Below, piece by piece: positions 39,344-49,641 of a DNA stretch of 64,000 nt. The DNA comes from Spirochaetia bacterium (GTDB lineage Bacteria; Spirochaetota; Spirochaetia; SZUA-6; Bin103): NCBI GenBank assembly GCA_965203055.1, contig OZ241863.1, positions 864,001 through 928,000 on the forward strand, given 5' to 3'. Under the pieces are notes generated by a model. The model saw only the letters and a list, made by a program, of their open reading frames with translations, ran no database searches and was not told the origin of the DNA. Within the stretch, counting starts at the first letter, position 1, and each line of letters begins with the position of its first letter. The translations under genes were made by a program, and so were the position numbers.

Positions 39344-41065
39344 TCACGCTTCGTCCTCCCTGTCTCCGCGGCCCACGCGCAGGCTGCGCAGGCGGTTGAG
39401 CGCCGCGGCCACCTCGAAGCGCCGCGGCCGCGCCCGATCGCCGAAGCCGGCCTGCGCCAGGGAGTCGAGGCCGCCCGCCTGCAGCTCGCCGTCGAGCGCG
39501 GCGAGGATGCGCGGCAGGTCGCGGCGCCCGTCGCACAGGCCGCGCGCGAGCCGCAACAGCAGATCGCCGATCATGCGGCACTGGGCGGCGTCCACGAGTT
39601 GATACAACAGGCTGACGTCGATCTCCTCATGTCCGAACTCGATGGCGCGCGTCTTGACGGCGCGCACCCGTTCCGGGCGCCGCCCGCGGCGCGGGTCGAG
39701 ACTTTCCGGCAGCGGCACGCGCGGGGCGCCCGGCGGCCAGGCTCCGGGAGCGCGCGGCGCCGCGCCGCCGAGCGGCTGCGCGGCGGCCACTTCCCGCGCC
39801 TGCGCCGTCACGTCGCGCGGCTGGTAGGCGTCCATCCGGATCACGCAGTCGGCCACGTCCAGGTAGTCGCCGGCGCCGCCCACCACCAGCACCGACGACA
39901 CGCCGCGTTCCTCCCGGAGCTGGCGCACGCGGTCGATGAAGGGGGTAATCGGTTCCTGCGCCTCCGGTACCAGCCGGCGCATGCGGGCATCGCGGATCAT
40001 GAAGTTGGTGGCCGCGGTGTCCTCGTCGATCAGCAGCCCGCGGGCTCCCGCCTCCAGCGCTTCGACGATGGCCGCGGCCTGGGAGGTGCTGCCGGACGCA
40101 TCGTCGCTGTCGAAGAAGGAGGTGTCCCGCCCCAGGGGCAGGGCGCCGATGAACGGCGTCAGGCACACGCCGCGCACCGCGCGGCCATCCTCGGCGCGCA
40201 CGCACACCAGTTCCTCGGCGGCGACGCAGCGTTCGCGCCCGTCGCCGGGCAGGTGGTCGTATACGCCGAGCGCCAGCGCCTGCAGCAGCGTGGACTTGCC
40301 GTGGTAGCCGCCGCCTGTGATCAGCGTAACGCCGGCGCGGATGCCGAGGCCGCGCAGGGTTCCGGCGTGCGGCGCCCGCAGCTCCGCGGCCAGCGCGGGC
40401 GGCGCCTGCAACCGCCGCGCCTGCGCCAGGGGCCGCGCGTCGGCGCCGCTGCGGCGCGGCAGGATGCTGCCGTCGGCCAGAAACGCAATCAGTCCGCGCG
40501 CGCCGAGCTGCGCGCGCAAGGCAACCTGGTCTTCCACCACCTGCACGTGGGTGCGCAGCGCGGCGAAGTCCAGCCCTTCCGCCACTCCTTGCAGCGCCGC
40601 CTCGAGGCGCCGCGCCAGGAGCTCGGCCGCGGCGCGGCCCAGGATGCGGCGCCCGGCCGCCGGCAGGCCGGCGCACAGGCGCAGCCGGGCGCTGCCCTCC
40701 GCGCTCACCGCGGCGCCGGTCCGGTCCAGCACCTCCGGGCCGGTCGCGGCGATCTCCAGCAGGCCGCTCCGGCCGCTGCCGGCGCCGCCGGCGGCGCGCG
40801 CCAGAGCCGGTTGCAGCGCCCGCTGCAGGAAGTCGGCGGCGGCGCGGCGCGCGGCGCTGCCCTCCCGCGCCCAGGCCGGCAGCCTCAGCGCCGCGCCCGG
40901 CAGGTCCACCCGCAGGCGGCTCGGCGCGGCGAACGGGTCGCCCTGCACGTGTTCGAAGGTCAGCATGCCGCTCGCCAGCGGGTAGCTGCGCCCGCGCAGA
41001 TCGCGATAGTGGCCGTAGGGCCGCCCATCGATCCGGTGCAGGTCGCGCACCAGCGCGCCGCTCAC
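39344..41065 (-). CDS. ABC-ATPase domain-containing protein (ABC_ATPase/PF09818-like)
   Basis: 'HVQGDPFAAPS', 'ITGGGYHGKSTLL', 'DASGSTSQA', 'LIDEDTAATNFMIRD'; GGAGG RBS before GTG 41065. Confidence 0.88.
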   Translation of the reverse strand: MSGALVRDLHRIDGRPYGHYRDLRGRSYPLASGMLTFEHVQGDPFAAPSRLRVDLPGAALRLPAWAREGSAARRAAADFLQRALQPALARAAGGAGSGRSGLLEIAATGPEVLDRTGAAVSAEGSARLRLCAGLPAAGRRILGRAAAELLARRLEAALQGVAEGLDFAALRTHVQVVEDQVALRAQLGARGLIAFLADGSILPRRSGADARPLAQARRLQAPPALAAELRAPHAGTLRGLGIRAGVTLITGGGYHGKSTLLQALALGVYDHLPGDGRERCVAAEELVCVRAEDGRAVRGVCLTPFIGALPLGRDTSFFDSDDASGSTSQAAAIVEALEAGARGLLIDEDTAATNFMIRDARMRRLVPEAQEPITPFIDRVRQLREERGVSSVLVVGGAGDYLDVADCVIRMDAYQPRDVTAQAREVAAAQPLGGAAPRAPGAWPPGAPRVPLPESLDPRRGRRPERVRAVKTRAIEFGHEEIDVSLLYQLVDAAQCRMIGDLLLRLARGLCDGRRDLPRILAALDGELQAGGLDSLAQAGFGDRARPRRFEVAAALNRLRSLRVGRGDREDEA

Positions 41066-41137
41066 GCCGCCCTCCCGCTTGGCGGACCTGCCAGCCTCGC
41101 GCAAGCGCGCGTCAATCGATACCGTGGAGACGACACC

Positions 41138-41159
41138 TGACAAGGATATACTCTTGTCA
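41138..41159. promoter_or_regulatory. Palindromic candidate operator upstream of modABC
   Basis: TGACAAG-N8-CTTGTCA perfect inverted repeat enclosing a TATACT -10-like hexamer. Confidence 0.55.
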
Positions 41160-41235
41160 CTGATGAGACAGTCACACGCGGCTCGCAACGCCGGTTGCCT
41201 GCCCGCCGCGCTCCCGCCGCACGCCCACCTGCCGG

Positions 41236-42018
41236 ATGGATGCTGACGGCGGCGGGCACCGCGGCCGGCGCCCGCGCCGCGCCGGGCTGCCGGCGGCGCT
41301 GCTCGCGCTGCTGCTGGCGGGGGGCGTGCCCGCCGCGCTGCCCGCCGATGAGGTGCGGGTTGCGGCGGCGGCTAACTTCAGCGCCGCGGCGCAGGAGATC
41401 GGCGCGCTGTTCGCCGCGGCCAGCGGCCACCGCGCGCGGTTCAGCTTCGGCTCCAGCGGACTACTGTATGCCCAGATCATCCAGGGCGCTCCGTTCGACG
41501 TGTACCTCGCCGCCGACCGGCGCTTTCCGCAGCGGCTGGTGAGCGAAGGGCACGGGGTGGCCGGCAGCGGCTTTACCTACGCCGCCGGCCGGCTGGTGCT
41601 GTTCAGCGCCGGCGCGGTCCGGGTGGACGGCCGCGCGAGTCTGGAGCGGGCGGACTTCACCCGGCTGGCCATTGCCAATCCGCGCCTGGCCCCCTACGGC
41701 GCCGCGGCCGGGGAAACGCTCGCCGCCCTTGGCCTCGGCGAGCGGCTGCGCCCCAAGGTGGTGTACGGCAACAACGTCGCCCAGACCTACCAGTTCGTGC
41801 TCACCGGCGCCGCCGAGCTGGGGTTCGTGGCCTTGGCGCAGGTAGCCGGCCACGACCTGGGCTCGCGCTGGGTGGTGCCGCCGGAGTTGCACTCGCCGAT
41901 CGCCCAGGACGCCGTGCTGTTGCGGCAGGGGGCCGGCAACGCCGCGGCGCGCGCCTTCCTGCGGTTCCTGCGCGGACCCGCGGCGGCCGCGGTAAAGGCG
42001 CGCTACGGCTACCGGTGA
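41236..42018 (+). CDS. modA: Molybdate ABC transporter substrate-binding protein
   Basis: 'VAAAANF', '[11 protein letters not shown]', '[10 protein letters not shown]'. Confidence 0.94.
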   Translation: MDADGGGHRGRRPRRAGLPAALLALLLAGGVPAALPADEVRVAAAANFSAAAQEIGALFAAASGHRARFSFGSSGLLYAQIIQGAPFDVYLAADRRFPQRLVSEGHGVAGSGFTYAAGRLVLFSAGAVRVDGRASLERADFTRLAIANPRLAPYGAAAGETLAALGLGERLRPKVVYGNNVAQTYQFVLTGAAELGFVALAQVAGHDLGSRWVVPPELHSPIAQDAVLLRQGAGNAAARAFLRFLRGPAAAAVKARYGYR

Positions 42019-42692
42019 ACGCCGCCCTGTGGCCGCCGGTCCTGCTGACGCTGCGCCTCGCCGCGGTCACCACCGTCATCCTGCTGGCCGTCGGCACGCC
42101 GATCGCCTGGTGGCTGGCGCGCTCCCCGCGGGCGTGGAAGGAGGCGGTCGCCGCGGTGGTGGCGCTGCCGCTGGTGCTGCCGCCGACGGTGCTCGGCTTC
42201 TACTTGCTCATCGCCCTGGGGCCGGGCGGTCCGGGAGGTTGGCTCGCCGGGCTGTTCGGCGGCCGCTCGCTGGCGTTCACCTTCACCGGTCTGGTGATCG
42301 GATCGGTGTGCTACTCCCTGCCGTTCGTGGTGCAGCCGATCCGCAACGCCTTCGAGGCGTTCGGCGCGCGCCCGCTGGACGTTGCCGCCACGCTGCGCGC
42401 GAACCCGTGGGACGCGTTCTGGAGCGTGGCGGTGCCCCTGGCGCGGCCCGGCCTGGTGAGCGGCGCGGTGCTCGGCTTCGCCCACACGGTGGGGGAGTTC
42501 GGGGTGGTGCTGATGATCGGCGGCAACGTTCCGGGTCACACGCGAGTGTTGTCGGTCGCCGTCTACGAGTACGTGGAGACCCTGCAGTGGCGCGAGGCGC
42601 ACCTGCTGGCCGGCGGCATGCTGCTGTTCTCGTTCCTGGTGATCCTGGCGGTGCGGCTGCTGGAACGGCGCAGCGTCCGGCGGCGCCCGTGA
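42015..42692 (+). CDS. modB: Molybdate ABC transporter permease
   Basis: '[15 protein letters not shown]', 'FAHTVGEFG'. Confidence 0.95.
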   Translation: MNAALWPPVLLTLRLAAVTTVILLAVGTPIAWWLARSPRAWKEAVAAVVALPLVLPPTVLGFYLLIALGPGGPGGWLAGLFGGRSLAFTFTGLVIGSVCYSLPFVVQPIRNAFEAFGARPLDVAATLRANPWDAFWSVAVPLARPGLVSGAVLGFAHTVGEFGVVLMIGGNVPGHTRVLSVAVYEYVETLQWREAHLLAGGMLLFSFLVILAVRLLERRSVRRRP

Positions 42693-43786
42693 GCGGCGCC
42701 GCGCAACCGATCGAGGCGGAGTTCGCCGGCGCCGTTGGCGGGTTTCGCCTGCAGGTGTCGTTCCGCTTCCCCGCGCGCGGCGTGACGGCGCTGTTCGGCC
42801 CGTCCGGCAGCGGCAAGACCACCATCCTGCGGTGCATCGCCGGACTGCAGCGGCTGCGCGGGCGATTTCTGATCGGCGGCGAGACCTGGCAGGACGATGC
42901 GCGCGGCGTGTTCCTCCGGCCCCACCGGCGGCGCCTCGGCTACGTGTTTCAAGAGGCGAGCCTGTTCCCCCACCTGTCGGTGCGCGGCAACCTGCTCTAC
43001 GGCGCCCGGCGCGCCGGCCGGCCGGCGCCGCTGACCTATGACGCGGTGGTGGAGATGATGGGGCTCGGTCGCCTGCTGGAGCGCGCCCCGGCGGCGTTGT
43101 CGGGCGGCGAGCGCCAGCGGGCGGCGGTGGGCCGCGCGCTCCTGTCGCAACCGCGCCTGCTGCTGATGGACGAGCCGCTGTCGGCGCTGGATCAGGGCGC
43201 GCGCGAAGAGATCATCGCCTGCTTCGAGGCGCTCCACCGCGAGTTGTCGATCCCGATGCTCTACGTGAGCCACGATCTCGCCGAGGTGGCGCGGCTGGCC
43301 GATCATCTGGTGGTGCTCGCGGACGGCGCCAAGCTCGCCGCCGGACCGGTGCGCGAGATTCTGGAGCGGCTCGACCTGCAGCCCGTTGCGCAGCGCTTCG
43401 AGGCCGGCGTGGTGCTGGATGCGCAGGTAGCCGCCCACGATGCGCGCTACCATCTGAGCCGGCTGCGGCACCGCCGGCAGATCATCACCGTTCCCTTGAT
43501 CGACGCGCCGGTGGGCGGGCGGGTCCGCCTGCGCATCCGGGCGCGCGACGTAGCCCTCGCCACGCGCCGCCCGCGCGCCATCAGCATCCGCAACGTGCTG
43601 GCGGGTACCGTGGCGGCGCTGCGGGAGCAGCCGGGAACCGCCTACGCCGAAGCGCTGGTGGACCTCGGCGGCGGCCGGCTGCGCGCCCGCATCACCCGCC
43701 AGGCGGCGGCCGAGCTGGAGCTGCGGGAGGGAACGCGGGTCTATGCCCTGATCAAGAGCATCTCCTTCGAGCGTCCCGACGGCTGA
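42689..43786 (+). CDS. modC: Molybdate ABC transporter ATPase with TOBE/Mop domain
   Basis: 'FGPSGSGKT', 'LSGGERQR', 'LMDEP', 'SIRNVL', 'ALIKS'; GTGA overlap with modB. Confidence 0.95.
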   Translation: MSGAAQPIEAEFAGAVGGFRLQVSFRFPARGVTALFGPSGSGKTTILRCIAGLQRLRGRFLIGGETWQDDARGVFLRPHRRRLGYVFQEASLFPHLSVRGNLLYGARRAGRPAPLTYDAVVEMMGLGRLLERAPAALSGGERQRAAVGRALLSQPRLLLMDEPLSALDQGAREEIIACFEALHRELSIPMLYVSHDLAEVARLADHLVVLADGAKLAAGPVREILERLDLQPVAQRFEAGVVLDAQVAAHDARYHLSRLRHRRQIITVPLIDAPVGGRVRLRIRARDVALATRRPRAISIRNVLAGTVAALREQPGTAYAEALVDLGGGRLRARITRQAAAELELREGTRVYALIKSISFERPDG

Positions 43787-43838
43787 TCGAACGGCCCGGT
43801 CAGGCGCCCGCGCCGGCTCAACGCAGGCGCTCGTTACT

Positions 43839-44594
43839 TCATCTTGGTGGGAGGGCGCGGGTAGCGCGCGGGTAGCGCGCGTCGGGTGGTTGCAGGATGC
43901 GGCGCTGGCGTTCGGTCACGTCCAGGCCGTCGGCGGCCGGGTAGGCTGCGCTCCAGGCCGCGCCGTGGTGGTTGTACTTGTAGAACAGCGTGCGGCGCTC
44001 GCTCTTGCCGGACCAGGGCAGCGGGCCGTGGGTCAGCGCTTCGGTGAACAGCACGGCAGTTCCGGCCGGTCCGGTGATGCGCTCGACGAACGGCTGCCGG
44101 TCAGTCAGATCGCGCCACTCGCCCGGCAACGGGTAGTTGCTCTTGTGGCTGCCGGGCACGCAGGCGAAGCCGCCGTCCTCCGGGCCCACGTCCGCCAGGT
44201 TGTAGGCCACGACGAACAACCCGCTGTACATGCGGCCGTTGCGGAAGTCGTAGAAGTTGACCCGGCTGTAGGGAGTGCCGCCGCCGTGCAGGGTCGCGCC
44301 GATGGGGCTGAGCCCACTGCGGATCAGGTCAAGGTAGAGGTGGTCGATGCGGAACTGCTCTCCCAGGATCTCCGTCAGGTGCGGTTCCACGCGCGGGTTG
44401 TCCAACAGGTCGACGTACGGCTGCCCCCAGCTCAGCAGATGGGAGAACCGGTGCGTGGAGGCGTTCGCCGCCATCTCCCGCTCGATCCGTTCATCCAACG
44501 CGGCGTTCAGCGCCGCGAGCTGGCCGGCGTCCAGCGCATTCGGAATCACCAGGTAGCCTCGCAGATCGAACAGGTACCGCTCTTGATCGGTCAT
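43839..44594 (-). CDS. PhyH-like dioxygenase family protein
   Basis: 'FDLRGYLVI', 'LHGG', 'GGFACVPGSHK', 'FTEALTHG'. Confidence 0.85.
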   Translation of the reverse strand: MTDQERYLFDLRGYLVIPNALDAGQLAALNAALDERIEREMAANASTHRFSHLLSWGQPYVDLLDNPRVEPHLTEILGEQFRIDHLYLDLIRSGLSPIGATLHGGGTPYSRVNFYDFRNGRMYSGLFVVAYNLADVGPEDGGFACVPGSHKSNYPLPGEWRDLTDRQPFVERITGPAGTAVLFTEALTHGPLPWSGKSERRTLFYKYNHHGAAWSAAYPAADGLDVTERQRRILQPPDARYPRATRALPPR

Positions 44595-44628
44595 CTATCT
44601 CCTCTCCGCCGGTACCGATAATATCACG

Positions 44629-47022
44629 TTATGGGCGGCGTTCGGGGGGAGGCGTCTCCAGGCGGGCGCGGTCGCTGCGCTGCAGCCAGATTTCGCTTAC
44701 CTGCGCGCCGCGCCCGGGGCCGCCGAGCTCCTCGTGGAACACGCGCAGGGTGACCGTGCCGTCGGCCGCGCTGCCGGCGGGCAGGTCGAAGCTCAGGGGG
44801 CCGCGCGGGTCGGGCTTGGCGAGCCAGCCGTGCACCGCGCGCGTGATACCGTCCCCGCCGACCGCGTCCATCCGCACCCGCGGCAGGTCGCGGCCGGAAC
44901 GGCGCTCGCCGTATACCACCGCCACGCGGTAGCCGGCGGCAGGGTCGAGCCCGGTGTAGCGGATCTGCAGCGGGCCGCGGCCGATCGACTCGGCGTGGGT
45001 GAGCCAGGCGCTGGGGATTGCCTCGGCGGGGTAGGGGATGGCGAACCCCTGCAGCGCCGAATCGAGAAACGAAGGATCGTCCCGGAACCCGCGGCCGGTC
45101 ACCAGATGAGCCTGCTGCGCCGCCGTCCCGAAGTTGTCGTAGCAGCCGCCGGGGCCGGGGTCGGTGCGGCGCAGGATCGCGTCCACCGCCTCCAGGCGCG
45201 CGTCCTCCGCGGCCTGCGCCGCGATTTCCGCGCACCGCTGCTGCAGCCAGAGGCGGTCGTTGAGCGGGTATTCGAGGCCGTCGAGGCTGGCGCCGCGGCG
45301 CACTGCCTGCGCGCCATAGCGGGCCACCGAGAGTTGCGCGTGGATGCTCTGGAACAGCGCCTCGGCCAGCGCGTAGACGCGCGCCCGCAGCTCACCCTGG
45401 CGCGCCTCGGCCGCGGCGTGGTCGAGAATCCGCAGGGCGCGGTCGCAGGCTGTCCGCGCGCCGAGGTCGGGGGCGCGCCGCAGCTCGGCGATGGCGCGCG
45501 TCCAGGCGGCGGTCTCGGCGATCAGCCGCTCGCGGACGTAAGCGTCGGAGTAAGCGCGGTAGAGGAGCTGCAGGAAGCGCCAGCTCTTGAGCGCCCGCGG
45601 CGGCGCGGCCCGCTCCAGCGCCTGGAAGCGCAGCAGGGTCGTCTCCACCGTGGTGTTGGCCAGCAGCGGCCCGCGCCAGTTGCCCTCCAATCCAAGGATC
45701 CCCGCGGCCACCCCGTCCGCCAGATCGGGGTGAACGAACAACCGCCCATACTGGCGCAGTACGGCGTGGACGTCCGCCTGCGGATCCCACAGCAGGGCGC
45801 TCCACAACATCTTGTTGAGATCGTCGTTGTTGCCCTCGCAGTAGGTCAGGGCGCCGCTCGACCAGGGCGCGCTCAGCGCCGCGATGCGCGCCTGGTCGAG
45901 CGGCCGCGGGTTGATCGGCTCGCGGCCCTGGCAGGCGGCCAGCGCCCAGTCCCAATCCGGGACCGGGTACTGGCATGACCAGCAGTGGGTGATGTCGGGA
46001 TACAGGCGGATCGGGTAGCGCGCCGGCACGCGCGCCCGGAACGCCTCCGGCGTCAGGTGAATCCAGGGGCCGAAGATCACCCCGTCGAGCCAGTCGAGGC
46101 CGCGCTCCAGCGCGGCGTAGAAGTGGGCCTCGTCGGCGCCGTGAAAGCCCTGCGGCGCGATCCACATCTGGGCCGCGGGATGGAGCTCGTTGAGAGAACG
46201 CTTCTGGCGCTCCGCCAAGGCCAGCAGCAGGTCAGCCGGGGTAGCGCCCGGGTCGCCGCCCGGGATGAATACGGCGTCCACCCGCGGCAGGCGCGCGAAC
46301 ACGCCGCGCCACTCGGCAACGGCATGCGCCGCGGCAGCCTCGTTCCCGTAGTCGGCATCCAGGGCGGGAAACCAGATCCAGAGGTCGAGGTCGTAGCGGT
46401 CGGCGATGGCCGAGACCGCGGCCATCATGTCGATCTGGGGGAGCGGGAAGTGGTCGGAATCCGCGGCGTCGTCGGACCGGGGCGGGATGATCTCGACGGC
46501 GTTGGCGCCGAACAGGGCCAGCTCGCGGAGGTATTGCTCCCACTCGGCGACGGTCCAGCCGGCGTAGGAGTTGGTCTTCGGGCGGTAGCCGACCTGATGC
46601 CCGCGCAACGGATAGTGGGGCGCGGAGAGCACCGGTCCGCCGGCCAGCAGCGAGTCGGGCAGCAGTACCGAGGAACGGCGGACTTCCAGGTGGCGCAGCA
46701 GCCAACCCACCCCGTACAGCACGCCGCGGGCGTCGTTGCCGGTGACGCAAAGCGCAGCGCCGCGGCGTTCGATGCGGAATCCCTCCGGCCTCGCGGCGAA
46801 CTGGGCGGCGCGAAACGACTGCGCCTCCTGCGCCGACCAGCGCGCGCCGGCCCGCACCGCGGTGGCGGCGTCGCGCAGCAGGATCACCGGACCGGCGCCG
46901 TCCTCCGCCGGCCACACCTGCTGCGCGCGGCGGGCGACCTCTTCGGCCAACACGGTCCGCGCATGGCGGCAGCGCGGCGAGCCCTCCGCCGCAACTTCGA
47001 TCCGGGCCTCCGTCAGATTCAC
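44629..47022 (-). CDS. Large glycoside-hydrolase-like protein (GH20/67/115-type N-terminal domain + probable TIM barrel)
   Basis: 'EGFRI...GNDARGVLYGVGWLLR...P.YPLRG'; RBS GGAGGAGG before GTG 47022. Confidence 0.65.
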   Translation of the reverse strand: MNLTEARIEVAAEGSPRCRHARTVLAEEVARRAQQVWPAEDGAGPVILLRDAATAVRAGARWSAQEAQSFRAAQFAARPEGFRIERRGAALCVTGNDARGVLYGVGWLLRHLEVRRSSVLLPDSLLAGGPVLSAPHYPLRGHQVGYRPKTNSYAGWTVAEWEQYLRELALFGANAVEIIPPRSDDAADSDHFPLPQIDMMAAVSAIADRYDLDLWIWFPALDADYGNEAAAAHAVAEWRGVFARLPRVDAVFIPGGDPGATPADLLLALAERQKRSLNELHPAAQMWIAPQGFHGADEAHFYAALERGLDWLDGVIFGPWIHLTPEAFRARVPARYPIRLYPDITHCWSCQYPVPDWDWALAACQGREPINPRPLDQARIAALSAPWSSGALTYCEGNNDDLNKMLWSALLWDPQADVHAVLRQYGRLFVHPDLADGVAAGILGLEGNWRGPLLANTTVETTLLRFQALERAAPPRALKSWRFLQLLYRAYSDAYVRERLIAETAAWTRAIAELRRAPDLGARTACDRALRILDHAAAEARQGELRARVYALAEALFQSIHAQLSVARYGAQAVRRGASLDGLEYPLNDRLWLQQRCAEIAAQAAEDARLEAVDAILRRTDPGPGGCYDNFGTAAQQAHLVTGRGFRDDPSFLDSALQGFAIPYPAEAIPSAWLTHAESIGRGPLQIRYTGLDPAAGYRVAVVYGERRSGRDLPRVRMDAVGGDGITRAVHGWLAKPDPRGPLSFDLPAGSAADGTVTLRVFHEELGGPGRGAQVSEIWLQRSDRARLETPPPERRP

Positions 47023-47167
47023 GCGCGCGCCTCCTCCCCTCGCCGCATACCCAAGCACGAGACCGGCGCCCCCGTCGAGTGCCTGCGGGCGGGCCGGGCG
47101 GGGGTGGGGTGGCGCCAACTGGCCCAAGTGGCAGTGAGCAGGTAATCTCAGGACTGGCGCGGCGATA

Positions 47168-48175
47168 ATGGCGATGACGCATCTGGAGCTGATAGAGGAA
47201 TGGTTCGAGGAACGACGTGACGGTACTTGGGAACCTCGGTCCGGATTCAAGCTGGAAAGCACCGACAATCCCGGATGGCTCGCGACCATCGACACGGATC
47301 CCGTTCACCTGGAGTCGATCTCGGGACGGCGCGGAGATGAGGAAACTCGAGTGGAAGGTCAGGTGCTGGACGGAAAGGTTCGCATATTTTCGGAATCATT
47401 GACGGCGTGTATGGAGTCGATCGTGACGTTGATCATCCGGGAGCGTGAGATACGACGGCCAGGCCAGTCCAAAAGCCGCGGGTACATGACTCATACTCAG
47501 GAGATGATGTGCCTGGAAAAGATAGATGAATGGTACCGGGAGCTATGCGACGGCCTGTGGGAACATGAATTCGGGTTCAAGCTGGAAAGCACCGACGTCC
47601 CAGGATGGCTCGTTACCACCGACATGGCTCACGTCGACCTGGATTCTGTCCGGGGGTGGCGCGAAAACATCGAAACCTGTCACCGGGTGGACGTTCGGAT
47701 GGCGGACGGGAAGATCCGCATCCGGTCGGAATCATTGACTTCGTGTCTGGAATCGGTCGTAACGCTGATCATTCATGAGCAAGCACAGCGCGCGTACCGG
47801 GGCGAGCCGTCCCCATTCCTCACGACCGACGAGATCCCGGCAGGCAGTCACGTGACTCGTACGCATGAGAAGGCGCACCTGGCGTTGATGGAAGATTGGT
47901 TCAAGGAGCATCAATGCGGGCTCAAGCTGGAAGGCAGCGGCACCGCCGGATGGCTCGTGACCATCGACGCGGCTCCCGTCGACCGGGAGTCGGTCTTGAG
48001 GTTGCGCGAAATCGTGGAAGCCCGCGAAATCGTGAAAGTTCGGATGGCGGACCGGAAGATCCGCATCTGGTCGAAATCATTGACTTCGTGTCTGGAGGCG
48101 GTCGTCATGCTGATCGATTTTCATGAGCAATCAGGACAACCGAGGCGAGCTGTCCCCAAGACGGTGAGACTGTAA
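47168..48175 (+). CDS. Immunity protein with three tandem Imm53-like domains
   Basis: Three repeats of 'EW(F/Y)...(C)DG.WE...GFKLESTD.PGWL.T.D'; lower GC. Confidence 0.78.
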   Translation: MAMTHLELIEEWFEERRDGTWEPRSGFKLESTDNPGWLATIDTDPVHLESISGRRGDEETRVEGQVLDGKVRIFSESLTACMESIVTLIIREREIRRPGQSKSRGYMTHTQEMMCLEKIDEWYRELCDGLWEHEFGFKLESTDVPGWLVTTDMAHVDLDSVRGWRENIETCHRVDVRMADGKIRIRSESLTSCLESVVTLIIHEQAQRAYRGEPSPFLTTDEIPAGSHVTRTHEKAHLALMEDWFKEHQCGLKLEGSGTAGWLVTIDAAPVDRESVLRLREIVEAREIVKVRMADRKIRIWSKSLTSCLEAVVMLIDFHEQSGQPRRAVPKTVRL

Positions 48176-48311
48176 CGCGGCCCGTCCGGCCCGCCAAGTC
48201 AGGTCAGCGGTCCGGGCGGCGAGCGGGCGGTTGGCCGGCGGCCGTCCGCGCCGGTAAGGCAGCCTCGAATCGGGGGCAGGCTGCCGGTGCCGCGCCGGGC
48301 TGATCGCGCCG

Positions 48312-48599
48312 CTACGCCGGCGCCGCGGCGGTGCGGCCGAACCGCTGGGCCGCGCGCGCCCGCGCCTTGGCCGCCTCCGCCTCGCGGTTGCGCGGCGGAG
48401 CGCTGGTGACCAGCCCGTCCAACAGCCGTTGGGTGGCCCCGGCGACTTCGTCCACCGCGCGCAGGAACACGGCCGCGTTGGCGCGTGACGGCTTGCCGGC
48501 GCCGGCTACCTTGCGCACGTACTGCAGCGCGGCGGCGCGCACCTCCTCGGGCGTCGCCGGCGGCGCGAAATTGTTCAGGGGGCGTATGTTGCGGCACAC
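48312..48599 (-). CDS. DUF2277-family small protein
   Basis: 'MCRNIRPLNNFAPPATPEEVRAAALQYVRKV'. Confidence 0.85.
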   Translation of the reverse strand: MCRNIRPLNNFAPPATPEEVRAAALQYVRKVAGAGKPSRANAAVFLRAVDEVAGATQRLLDGLVTSAPPRNREAEAAKARARAAQRFGRTAAAPA

Positions 48600-48639
48600 G
48601 GTCTCGCATCATACCATATTGGGCTGGCTGGGTTGACGG

Positions 48640-48668
48640 TTGACAGACCTCTCGTACAGTCGTATCAT
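48640..48668 (+). promoter_or_regulatory. Sigma70 promoter of the RHH-methylase unit, with tandem GGTTGAC repeats over the -35
   Basis: TTGACA-17 nt-TATCAT; GGTTGAC GGTTGAC at 48631-48644. Confidence 0.7.
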
Positions 48669-48751
48669 CGGAAATGATGAAATACGACGCGTGCCCGCCG
48701 CAGCGCGATTCAACCATCCGTGAACACTCCGATTCATCGATGGTACCCAGG

Positions 48752-48886
48752 ATGAAGCGGCTGACCATCGACGTATCCGCAGAGCTGCATTCTGCCATAA
48801 AGGTGGATTGCGCCCGGAAGGGCATAAAGATGGCGGACGCCATCCGCGACCTGCTCGCAAGCGAATTTGGCGAGGGTGCGCAGTAG
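48752..48886 (+). CDS. Ribbon-helix-helix (ParG/CopG-like) DNA-binding protein
   Basis: '[35 protein letters not shown]'; alternative ATG at 48740. Confidence 0.8.
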   Translation: MKRLTIDVSAELHSAIKVDCARKGIKMADAIRDLLASEFGEGAQ

Positions 48887-49641
48887 TGCCTCATCGGCAG
48901 TTGACTCTCCTCACCGAGGCCGAAGAACGTACTCCATCCGGCCGCAAGAGACCGGATGGCGTCGCTACGACGGATTTGGTCCTGTCGGCGTATGTCGGGA
49001 ATAATGCGGATGTCTTCCCTTCGGTGCTGCGTCTTCATGTACCGGACGGAGCGAAGATCGCAGACGTTACCTACGGGAAAGGAGTATTTTGGCGCAAGAT
49101 AGACGTCGAAAGATACGATCTTCATCCATCTGACATAGCCGATGGAGTAGACTGCCGTGATCTGCCCTACGAGGATGCGTCGTTTGACTGCCTGGTCTTC
49201 GATCCTCCGTACATGGAGGGATTCTTCCGCAACGACAACTCGATAAAGGCTGGAGCGGGGACCCACAACACATTTCGCGACCACTACTCCAACGGACATG
49301 AAGCGCCAAGAAAAGGCGGCGGCAAATGGCATGCGGCGGTCGTGGAGCTATACACGGCCGGCGGCCGTGAAGCCTATCGCGTGTTACGGGATGGCGGTAT
49401 TTTCATAGTCAAGTGCCAGGACGAAGTAAGCGCCAACAGACAAAATCTTACACACGTTGAAGTTATCAACGCATATGCGGAAACGGGATTCTTCTGCAAG
49501 GATCTGTTCGTCGTGGTGCGGCCCAACAAGCCTGGAATGAGCCGGGTCATCAAGCAGGTTCACGCCCGTAAGAACCACTCCTATTTTCTGATATTCGTGA
49601 AGATACCGGTTGGAAAGACGGCCTCTCAGATGCGGTTCTGA
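48886..49641 (+). CDS. Small amino-DNA methyltransferase (N6A/N4C)
   Basis: Motif I-like '[10 protein letters not shown]', motif IV 'FDPPY', '[12 protein letters not shown]'; GTG overlaps the RHH stop. Confidence 0.85.
   Translation: MPHRQLTLLTEAEERTPSGRKRPDGVATTDLVLSAYVGNNADVFPSVLRLHVPDGAKIADVTYGKGVFWRKIDVERYDLHPSDIADGVDCRDLPYEDASFDCLVFDPPYMEGFFRNDNSIKAGAGTHNTFRDHYSNGHEAPRKGGGKWHAAVVELYTAGGREAYRVLRDGGIFIVKCQDEVSANRQNLTHVEVINAYAETGFFCKDLFVVVRPNKPGMSRVIKQVHARKNHSYFLIFVKIPVGKTASQMRF

Noticed and set aside
41066..41235. Moco/Tuco riboswitch upstream of modA
   Set aside because: Could not recognise the conserved riboswitch elements; only a DNA palindrome is evident.
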